NCBI RefSeq assembly: GCF_006345805.1
Contig: NC_042997.1
Coordinates: 103,168,001 to 103,232,000 of the forward strand
Length of the DNA stretch: 64,000 nucleotides
Direction of reading: 5' to 3'
Source of the DNA: Octopus sinensis
Taxonomy: Eukaryota
The notes beneath the pieces were generated by a model that was given only the letters and a program-made list of their open reading frames with translations, had not been told where the DNA came from and ran no database searches. Positions 54,375 through 64,000 of this stretch are shown here, piece by piece (position 1 is the stretch's first letter; each line of letters begins with the position of its first letter). Made by a program: the position numbers and the translations under genes.

Positions 54375-54610
54375 CATCCACCTTTCTACTTCCGGTCTTT
54401 CAATATGTGACCGCGTGAGTACCGCTGGCGATTTTTTTCCTCTGTTTTCCCTTCTCGGGATCTTTCCTTCTCCTATTTTTCGGACGAAGAGCTCCGCTCG
54501 AAACGTTAAACCCTCCTTCTCCCCTTCTTTCCTGAGCGTCCAATAATACTTTATTTGTTCTACGTCCTCGCGTTGTTGTGTTTTTTTGTGTTTTCTGTTT
54601 GGATTAACTT
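54375..54610 (+). mobile_element. PLE-like terminal repeat with degenerate hammerhead (54478-54510)
   Basis: TTT-CGGACGA-A-GAGC(TCC)GCTC-GAAA-CG-TT-AAA. The downstream part is shared with 13096, 32005 and 46765. Confidence 0.6.
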
Positions 54611-54683
<73 letters not shown>

Positions 54684-54771
54684 GTGCGTGTGGTTTGTGT
54701 TTGTGTGTATGTGTTCGCTTCGTAAGTTGTATCTATCCATGCTCTTTATATAGATTAGTTTATTTTATTTA

Positions 54772-55997
54772 CGAGGGGCGTTCAATAAGTAATGCCCCTG
54801 ATCCACTTGAAGTTGTTTGATCTAGCTGAAATTTTGCATGTGCAATTACTTATATCTCTATAGATTAAGTGGCAAATTACAGCTCTGAACTAATTGTGGT
54901 TTCTGATTTACAGGTGTTTGAACTGAGTCAAGTGTGAAATGGAGTCTGTTGAATGTCGAGCAGTGATCCGGTTTTTGTATTTGACAGGACGCACACTACG
55001 GGAGACTTTTGATGATATGAAAGTAACTTATTGTGATAATGCCCCATCATATGACCTTGTAAAACGCTGGCATCGTGAATTCAAACATGGTTGGAACTCT
55101 GTGGAAACAGCTCCCAGATCTGGTCGCCCCCTTCTGCCATTGATGAGGCATCTGTCCGTCAAGTTGAGGCTGCCATTTTGGAAGTTCAACGCATAACTAT
55201 TCGCGAAATAGCCCATGAGGTCAAGATTAGTACCGGGTCTGTGGAAACTATCATTCATGACCATTTGCACATGCAAAAGGTGCCTGCCAGATGGATTCCC
55301 AGGTTGCTCACATCTTTCCAGAAGCAAGAACGCGTCGATTGCTCGAGGATGAATTTGGAGATGTGCCAAGAAGATGAGTCAACATTTTTCAAAAGACTGA
55401 TTACACAGGATGAAACCTGGGTCCATCACTATGATCCAGAGACCAAAGCCCAGTCAATGCAGTGGAAGCACCGTGACTCCCCTCCTCCAAAGAAGGCAAG
55501 GGTGCAGCCCTCTGCTAGCAAGATCATGCTCACAGTCTTCTGGGACCAGGACGGAGTAGTGATGACAGATTTCCTGGCAAATGGTGCCACAATTACAGGA
55601 GCCTATTATGCTTCACTTTTGAGGAAATTAAGAGAAGCTATCAAACTCGCGTGTCGCCAGATCAGAAGCACAGGCGTGCGGCTATGAAATCCTCCCCCAT
55701 CCCCCTACTCTTCTGACCTTGCACCTTCTGATTTCCACCTCTTCCCAGCCATGAAGTTGTTTTTGAAAGGAAAGCGTTTCCCAGATGATGCAGCCTTGAT
55801 TTCTGAAGTCATGTCGTGGCTGGAGGACCAAGCTGGTGTCTTCTACAGAAACGGTCTTCAGAGCTGCATCAAACGATGGGAGAAATGCGTAACTCTTGGT
55901 GGTTCCTATGTAGAAAAAGACTAATAACTGTGCCAAGTTTCGTTGCTCTACTGCTATGGGAAGTGAGTCAGGGGCATTACTTATTGAACGCCCCTCG
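54772..55997 (+). mobile_element. Near-full-length mariner (DD34D-type) transposon
   Basis: Perfect 30-bp TIRs CGAGGGGCGTTCAATAAGTAATGCCCCTGA (54772-54801 and 55968-55997). TA on both sides. Confidence 0.97.
54939..55924 (+). pseudogene. Mariner transposase pseudogene
   Basis: MESVECRAVIRF...RSGRP, a frameshift, then WIPRLL, ITQDETW and HPPYSSDLAPSDFHLF. The LL.DNA.H segment carrying the second catalytic Asp is deleted between REAIK and RVARSEAQ. Confidence 0.93.
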
Positions 55998-56299
55998 TAT
56001 CTCTATATTTTTTATTTCTTCCAGGTATGTGACAAATATATTTATATATTTGTTTAATTATCTATTTATATATCTATTTTATATATTTATTAATATTTCA
56101 TACACCTATCTATATTTCTTATGAGTATCTCAGGTAAGTGCATATATGCCTGTTGTGTGTGTATTTCCCTGTATGTTTTTGTGTATCATTTACGATTCCT
56201 TTTGATTTTTTTTTTGCTTTTGTTTATTTTTTGTTTTCTTCCTCTCACTTCTCATCCCTTCTGTCTTTAGTCATTTGGTGTGGTGCGGTGTGGTGGTAG

Positions 56300-57900
56300 G
56301 TGTTACTGTTACAATTGTATTGAGCCTCGCTCTGTCTACTGCTATGTGTGTAGCCTCTGTAATCTGTCTAAGTGTCGTGTCACTTCTATGTTTCCATAGT
56401 ACTTTAACCGCTATGCAATTAATCGAGCCTCCAAGTTATGCCTGAACATGTTGGTAGAGCACTGACGAGATTTTCCTTTCTTTGACCTGTAGCCAATGTT
56501 ATCTAAACTCTCTTCTATGCTGCGTACAGTCTCTCCAATATAGGTAGCTGTCAATGTTTCTGCACCGTCCCACAGTACATCGAAAGCTACACACTACATT
56601 CCAAGCCTTACTGTTAACCCGTGGATTCATCCTACATCCAACACAATTATTCTCCGTACAGGGTGACTTATCAATGAGATAGGTATTGCAGATTAGGGAT
56701 TTTAATGGGGTACCCGGCCTCTCTGCTACTTTAATTCGTAGATTAGCCTTACTTAAATCTTTTCTAAAAAATATGCTAGTTCGCCGCCAGGCGAACATAA
56801 CACGCTAGTATTTTTTCTTATCATACCAAGTGTTGGCCTTATTTATCTTATTACTGGTCCATTCTGTGCTATTCCAGGATTTACTCCTGTATAGCGGTCA
56901 GATTCCCTTAGCAATACTCCCTATGATGGCTTTGTATTTAGTCCTGGCTCCTTTGCACACTCTAATACTTCCCCTTTGGTTATAGCTAGAGAACTGCATG
57001 CGATGGATGAAGTGTTGTATGTGTCTTTCCAATTCGATAGGGTCCCACATGCGAGACACATTCCTCATCACTCTCACTAAATCAGCTGTAAGACTGTTTA
57101 ACTTGGCGTTGTCCGCAATCGCTGCTTTCTTGAGAACAAAGTATTTAGAGGCAATGGGTTTGGCATAATGAGACTGAAAGATCTGGACCTTAGTGTTCTT
57201 CATTTCTAGCTAGAGTTTAGTGTCTAAAACGGGTAATCTATAGATAGAATGCTTACTAGGGTAGTCTATCATTATTTCTATACTCTGGTGGATGGAGTTA
57301 GATATTTGCTGGATGCTCTTCATAGGGTTACTTCTAGATCATTAACATTGTCTTGTACGGGTGTTTTGGCCATTATGTTGATACTATCCACGTAGCGGGA
57401 GTTCATGGTTAGGTTTATGGAGTTCTCTGCTAATTTCACTTTCAGTTGCCTGTCCCACCATACCATAAATAGGTTAGCCACATCACCGGTGATACTGACA
57501 CTGATGGCTGCACCTTTCTCGTGGGTGTATATCTTGTTATTAAACTTAAATATATGGCCCTTGAGTGTGATCTTGGTACTCGCATCCACCGCATGTGTGA
57601 CTAACTTTTTAACTTGATCTTTATTTTCGGAGGCCCGTATAGCTCTGGTCACCCGTTCCATCTCTGTTTAGTGGGTCTTCTTGGCCATAGATATTATAGT
57701 GGGGGTGTCTACCTCTTATTGATCTAGTGGGGCAGAAACAACTAAGGTCATGTTTATCTAAGTAGTCATTGTCGCATGTCAGTCTCAGAATGAAGCCCAT
57801 TTCTTCGGTGTCAACCCGACAGAACTCGACATCGCTCTCGCTGATCACCTCCAGCTCTCGACATCGCTCTCGCTAATCACAGTTCTACACAGCTTAGCAG
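56300..57900 (-). mobile_element. Degenerate Penelope-like element (RT plus Cys-rich linker plus GIY-YIG), Neptune-like
   Basis: RT: HEKGAAISVSITGDVANLFM, SRYVD and HYAKPIAS..KLNSLTADLVRVMRN. EN: CVGC..NVV..F.C, YIGETVR and LRQITEA..I....LN. Confidence 0.85.
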
Positions 57901-58447
57901 CGGTGACAACGATAGCAACAACAACAACAACAACTACGATGGCAACACAGTGGGCGAACATACATACATAGAAGAATACAGGAACTGTACCATTTTTTCG
58001 GGACAGCAGCAGCACAATGAGGTGAGAGAATGGGGCTGCCGAGGGAAAGGCCACACAGCTGCTAAAAACTATGATACATAAGCATAAACACACAGGTATA
58101 CACGCATGCTCGTACGAACACAAACACACGTGCGCACGCGAACAAACAAGGACAAAAACGCTTGCGCACATAAGGACACACACCTTTGAAGAACAGAATG
58201 GAGTAAGTGGAGCAAGAACACACACGAAAACGAAAAGTGTCGCTGAGGAGTTCATAGATGTGTGATGAAAGATTTCCAGACAATGGACATGAGTTAAAAA
58301 ATAATGAAATAAGAAAAGTAATAAACGAGTGCAGAAAAAATATATCGTGCGTGTGTTTATTTGGCAAAAAAATGACCATCCCGATATACACAATATCGGT
58401 TTCAACAAACGATTTCACATCATGAATCTTGCAACACAAATTGATAA

Positions 58448-58498
<51 letters not shown>

Positions 58499-58500
58499 CA

Positions 58501-58559
<59 letters not shown>

Positions 58560-58562
<3 letters not shown>

Positions 58563-58790
58563 TACTTTTAAAAAATAGAAAAGAACGGGGTAAAAAAGAA
58601 ATAGGAATACAAACGTGAGGACAAGCAAAGTATTAAATTGACGCCCAGGAAAGGAAAAAATAGTTTTACGCTTCGAGCATAGCTCTTCTTCGGAAACAGG
58701 AAAGGAAAAACGGGCAAGTCCAGGAGGAAAAAAGGAAGTTGCCAATAATCCACGTGCGATTACATTTTTGAAGTGACCGGAAGTAGGATG
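58560..58790 (-). mobile_element. PLE-like terminal repeat with mutated hammerhead (58663-58697)
   Basis: Minus strand GTTT-CCGAAGA-A-GAGC(TAT)GCTC-GAAG-CG-TA-AAAC. Flanks resemble 54375-54610. Confidence 0.55.
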
Positions 58791-59059
58791 ACAAAGAGAA
58801 AGTGCTTCCTGGGACAGGAGAGCATGAACATGGTGAGTATGTATGTGTGCATGTTTGTGTGGCGTTTCTGTATGTGTGTGTGGTGGCGTGTGTATGGTAG
58901 CGTGTGTATATATGGTAGTGTGTGTGTGCGTGGTAGCGTGTGTTCGTGTGGTGGTAACTGTGTATGTGTGTTCGTGTGGTGGCGTGTATGTGTGGTATGC
59001 ATAAACATGCATATATATTAAAAACAAAGAATGAACATGCAAAATATATTATCAATTTA

Positions 59060-60030
59060 GAGCATTGCTTTTCTTTGTAAAGCATTTGCTCGTTACAAGG
59101 TCCTTAGACCACTGAAAACATAAGAGCTACTAGAATAAAATGGATGCCAGACAGAAATCATTCGGTGACGATGTACATTAGACTTAAAAGACTGGAGGTC
59201 ATATTTAAGAGGAAAACAAGACCGCAGAAAGGAATTCTAAAGTTCAGAAGTGCAATGGGAAGAAACTGGTACTGTAAAGTGTTTTATAACACTTAGGAGG
59301 TGGCACAGTATACTGATGAGAGCTGGATGCAAGTTTAGTTGATCGCTGATAAGTTCTTAAAGGAGGAAACAGAAATGAGAGCGCAGTTGAACAATGTCCA
59401 TGAAAATACTTATAGACAAGAGAAAGGGAAGCCACACGACGACGATGAGAGAGTGAATCCAATTTAGAAGATAGATCAGGACCAACAGCATTACAAATAC
59501 GGCGTTGAATGCGGTCTAACAGGGTTAAACAATCCGCAGGAGCACTTGCCCATGTGACAACAGTACTCAATGCAAAGGCGAATGGTGGACTTATAAAGAT
59601 AATGAATAGTGTCAGGAGTGAGCCTACTTTCAATGCAGCCAATTTCACAATAGATCCAATGTAAGTCCTCCAATAAAAATCATTACAGAAAGTCACTCCT
59701 TGGAGACGAAGAGAACGATTGGCAAGAAAGGATGTCTGAAGCGATTAATTGAAAAAAGTTTAGTTGACAATGGATTGAACGTTACAAGTCATATCCTACC
59801 CCACTCAACAATAGATCGAAGGTAGTTCTCAAGGTTAACTGTGATCTCAACCTTATCAGACAAGTCGTCAGATTTGTCCAAACAAGAGTGAAGAGTAGAG
59901 TCATATTTTTAACATAGTGCGGAGCTGTTTCTAGAATAGCTAAGCACCTGAATCTTATATTATTGAGCACAGATTTCCATGTCGGCTAGGTTTTCACAGA
60001 GGGATCAGTTTATAACATTGAGGATGTATG
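59060..60030 (-). mobile_element. CR1/L2-group LINE 3' fragment (RT end and C-terminus)
   Basis: YDSTLHSCLD..SIVEWG..LVTFNP; YLYKSTIR.C.EYCCH; LLDRIQRR..LDSLSHRRRVASLSL.YKY; SFFP. Confidence 0.75.
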
Positions 60031-60584
60031 TTGTTTCAGGTATGGTCAGCGTGTTCATGATCTCAGTGTTGAGAAATAAGGAATATTCTTAATATCCATG
60101 ATATTAGTTGTCAGTTTATTGAGAAATTAAGAAATTAAGAAGTATCCAAAATTGAGGATGTTGATAGCATTCTTTCCTCTAAGTAAACTCCTGAATGAAG
60201 CAAATTATGGATACAAGGTGTATGGAAAAAACAATTAACCCTCTTCTCTATATGAATGACTGTATGTGAAAATGATCAACAACTGCAAGCACTCATACAC
60301 TCATACACATTATCTTCCCTAGACCATTTTTCATCCATCTTTTTTGGTTATTTGATGATGAGCATGGATGGCCGTCTGTCGGAATATTTCGGTTGTGGAG
60401 TACTTGCAGCTCCTGTGTTTCGGGAAGATTTGAACCAGTAGCTGATTTCTCGCATAGAACTTGGCTCATCATTCAACTACGTGATCCTTGGTGTTCCGGG
60501 TGACGACAAATTCGGTTTGTGTTTTGAGGCATGACGAGCTTGGACATTAACATTAGGGAACGGATCTATCTGTTTAGGGTTCAT

Positions 60585-60636
60585 TTTTTGAGACAACACC
60601 GCCTCCGAGTTCTCGGAGGCGGTGTTGTCTCAAAAA
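60585..60636. repeat. Perfect 25-bp-arm hairpin with 2-nt loop
   Basis: TTTTTGAGACAACACCGCCTCCGAG-TT-CTCGGAGGCGGTGTTGTCTCAAAAA. Confidence 0.97.
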
Positions 60637-60845
60637 CTTGTCTTAAGGCTAACAGATCTGTATTTGCCTGTATTTTTTTGTATTGATAGATTTATCTCCG
60701 TGCATAGTGTTTTTGATGTTTTTTAAACTTATGAATTGTTCACTCCGTGTTAGTTCGAAAAATAAAAAAAATTGGGGTTTTTTGTCTTTGCTTCGTTTGT
60801 AGCACGTGATTTCAAAAGCGTGTATTTGTGTCCTGTAAATATTGC

Positions 60846-60915
<70 letters not shown>

Positions 60916-61184
60916 GTTGTTGTTGTTGTTGTTATCATCATCATCACTTTCATTATCATTTTCTTTCAATTCTGTTTCCTTTTCTTGCCGAATGCCATCC
61001 TGACACCTAGGGCAGAGACACGCACTGTATACATTTGTATTCCATTAAAATAATTACGCCAAATTGTTCATTTACAAACTCATGTGATAGAAAAAAAAGA
61101 GAGTAGTAAAGACAGAGAGAAAAAGAAAAAATATAAAATATAAAAGTAAACAAAGAAAATAAAGAGCAAAGAAGGAAAGAAAAT

Positions 61185-61320
61185 TCACAGCGACAATACT
61201 CTTCTCAATACGTGGGAAGTTCCAGTTAATACAATCTTTTGCGCTTCGTGCATGAATGGTAATCCAGGGATTATTCTCAAATAATTTATAATTCTTTTAC
61301 TGATCATTTCAAATGCTCCT
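61185..61320 (-). mobile_element. R4/Dong-type LINE C-terminal fragment
   Basis: IPVIAGAFEMI...YLRIIPG...AQKIVLTGTSHVLRRVLS, homologous to 63561-63860. Confidence 0.55.
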
Positions 61321-61705
61321 GCAATCACTGGTATTGCAACCAGACTTGAAATGCTATATTTGCTCCAACTAATGTGTGGTGTTATTAAATATTGTTTAGT
61401 TTTGACTTTTGTCACGTCTTGAGATAATCATGAATATGTGAAGGTTGGAGTAGATTGCAGGAGAAAGTGAAGCAGTTTGGTGAATAAGCCAAATTCCGCA
61501 GGTCTCTAAATAGGTTCGGCAGATGGTGAGAAGGAGATCAGCAATGGGGCTTCGCATCCCAGTCCGATCAGGGCACAAAAGAAGCGTTATACCCTTGCGG
61601 TCAGCAGAAGTCAAATGTGTTTTACTACTACCTGCGATCAGTGAGTGTGCTGAACTTGGCCTTGGAAAGAACCAATTTACTTTGCTCTGTTTTTAATTAC
61701 TGATA

Positions 61706-61925
61706 TACTCTTACTCTCTTTTTACTCTTTTACTTGTTTCAGTCATTTGACTGCGGCCATGCTGGAGCACCGCCTTTAGTCGAGCAAATCGACCTCGGGA
61801 ATTATTCTTTGTAAACCCAGTACTTATTCTATCGGTCTCTTTTGCCGAACCGCTAAGTGACGGGGACGTAAACACACCAGCATCGGTTGTCAAGCAATTC
61901 TAGGGGGACAAACACAGACACACAA

Positions 61926-61956
<31 letters not shown>

Positions 61957-62133
61957 CATATATACGACAGGCTTCTTTCAGTTTCCGTCTACCAAATCCA
62001 TATCCACTCACAAGGCATTGGTCGGCCCGGGGCTATAGCAGAAGACACTTGCCCAAGATGCCACGCAGTGGGACTGAACCCGGAACTATGTGGTTGGTAA
62101 GTAAGCTACTTACCACACAGCCACACCTGCGCC

Positions 62134-62135
<2 letters not shown>
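61706..62135 (-). mobile_element. SINE family A, full length
   Basis: Near-identical to 7755-8185. Confidence 0.92.
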
Positions 62136-62186
<51 letters not shown>

Positions 62187-62187
<1 letters not shown>

Positions 62188-62565
62188 GACATGATTGAAA
62201 CAGTGGACCACCTAATCTCTGGATGTAAAGTCTTAGCACCAGTGGAGTATAAATTAAGACATGACAGAGTTGGCCAATATCTACACTGGCTAATAAGTCG
62301 GCATTACAACATCAAAACTGCCGACAAGTGGTATAATCACCACCCTGAAGCTGTAACTGAAGGAGAAAATGTAACGATTCTGTGGGACTTTCCAGTACAT
62401 ACAGACCGAACCATCAAAGCCAATAAACCGGATATTGTTGTGAAAGACCAAAACAATAAAGTTTGCTTATTGATCGACATGAGCATCCCCTGTGATCATA
62501 ATATCTCGGCGAAAGAATTTGACAAGCTCAGAAAATATAAAGACCTGCTCATTGAAATTGAGAAA
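62187..62565 (+). mobile_element. R4/Dong-type LINE fragment (Zn knuckle plus restriction-like endonuclease) starting in (TAA)n
   Basis: ETVDHLISGC..Y..RHD..V..HW..ILWDFPVHTDRTIKANKPDIVV..LLIDMSIP..KL.KYKDL.IEI. Confidence 0.85.
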
Positions 62566-62633
62566 ATTTTCTAAAGATGATCGTATGTATGTCCGGCCAG
62601 AGAAAATTGTAGTGTTCTTGCAACAAAAGAGGG

Positions 62634-62688
<55 letters not shown>

Positions 62689-62728
62689 TATTATTATTAT
62701 TATTATTATTATTATCATTATTATTATT

Positions 62729-62763
<35 letters not shown>

Positions 62764-62769
62764 TAGCAA

Positions 62770-62960
62770 TATTTCGTCTCTTTGTACGTTCTGAGTTAAA
62801 ATTCCGTCGAGGACGACTTTGCCTTTTATCCTTTCGGGGTCAATAAATTAATTACCAGTTGCGTACTGGGGTCGATGTCACCGACTTCTCTCCTCCAAAA
62901 TTTCGGGCCTTGTACCTAGAGTAGAAAAGATTATTATTATTATTATTAGTAGTAGTAGTG

Positions 62961-62997
<37 letters not shown>

Positions 62998-62998
62998 C

Positions 62999-63050
<52 letters not shown>

Positions 63051-63355
63051 ATGGTAGTAGTAGTAATGGTAGTAGTAGTAGTAGTAGTAGTAGTAATGGT
63101 AGTAGTAGTAATGGTAGTAGTAGTAGTAGGCGAAGAGGGGAAGGAAGGCCATTAGCTAGCAAAACCGTTAACACTCTGGATAAAATGCTTAGCGGCATTT
63201 CATCTGTCTGTACGTTTGGAGTTCAAATTCCGCCCAGATCGACTTTGCCTTTCATTCTTTCGGGGCCGATAAATTAAGTACCAGTGAAACACTGGGGTCG
63301 ATGTAATCGACTAGTCCCTCCCCCAAAATTGCTGCCCTTGTGGCAAAATTTGATA
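62770..63355 (+). mobile_element. Two SINE family B copies separated by a (TAG)n tract
   Basis: Family-B bodies at about 62770-62935 and 63140-63355. (TAG)n at 62940-63130. Confidence 0.75.
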
Positions 63356-63384
63356 CTATTATTATTATTGTTATTATTATTATA

Positions 63385-64000
63385 TGTTTGACTTTTGCTT
63401 TATATTTGTACAAGTTGGCTCCAAGTCTCACCCAGAGACCTCAGGAGACAACAGGTTGGAAGTTCACGTTGTTGTTATGCCTAGTGTGCCATATATTTGG
63501 TTGTTTTTTGTGTTGTACTGGTGGATGTCTAAAAAAAAATGTTTATTTTTAACCTTGAGATTACATAGAAAGTATTTTGCGTAGGATATGAGCAGTTCCC
63601 ATGAGCACTATCTTTTGAATTTCTGCCATTTTTGGGTTTCCTGGTATCTGAGTTAGGTAGCTATCAGCCTCTTTTGCTATCATTCCCAGGCCACCTATGA
63701 CAACAGGTATTGTTTTAGTCTTCAGGTTCCACATTTTGCTGATTTCTATTTCAAGATCTTTATATTTGCTCAGTTTTTGGTAGGTCTTGACAGATACGTT
63801 TATATCGATTGGGACAGTCATATCAATGAGGAGGCATGTTCTTTGTTTGAAGTCTTTCAATATGATGTCTGGCCTATTTGCATCTATCTTTCTGTCAGTT
63901 TGATGTTAGTGTTTTATACATAGTTGTTAAGCAGGTTATGGGTCTAGTTTTTTGGTTCATTTGTTTCTTCACTTTTTGGAAGCAGGAATGTTAACCCATT
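63385..64000 (-). mobile_element. R4/Dong-type LINE 3' end, running off the window
   Basis: CLLIDMTVPIDINVSVKTYQKLSKYKDLEIEISKMW..TIPVVIGGLG..IQKIVLMGTAHILRKILS. The 3' UTR ends in (TAA)n. Confidence 0.87.

Noticed and set aside
56020-56140. Strong-looking acceptor (TTTCTTCCAG) and donor (CAG|GTAAGT) pair
   Set aside because: The enclosed sequence is AT-rich low complexity between two transposons with no coding signal; unsupported without RNA data.
58062-59042. Longest ORF in the track (326 aa, minus strand)
   Set aside because: It runs through CA/TA repeats and a PLE-like terminal repeat and has no domain-like content.

Overview
AT-rich, microsatellite-dense animal genomic DNA. It is most likely a coleoid cephalopod (Octopus-like), judged from recalled SINE families; no database search was run. 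I recognise no host protein-coding exon, rRNA, intact tRNA or CRISPR array, and most long ORFs in the supplied track are simple-repeat artefacts. The window is mostly transposon relics. These include three tRNA-headed SINE families (my working labels A, B, C) and L1/Tx1, CR1-group, CRE and R4/Dong LINE fragments. There are also Penelope-like elements (PLEs), non-autonomous Helitrons, and three Tc1/mariner-superfamily elements, one a near-complete mariner with perfect 30-bp TIRs. The main unexplained structure is three local templated insertions (16552-17231, 22635-22848, 31483-34176). They are built from mostly inverted copies of DNA up to about 15 kb away, joined at 2-5-nt microhomologies, and sit alongside fold-back palindromes and a 2.2-kb (TA)n tract. 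Also notable are minimal hammerhead-ribozyme motifs in PLE-like termini (one with a G3:C8 swapped core), an inverted pair of tRNA-Thr-like modules, and a Tx1-type LINE inside a (GATA)n tract. A Helitron encloses a LINE ORF1 5' fragment, and two SINE families share 3' tails with LINEs. Coordinates of degenerate elements are approximate and were read by eye.
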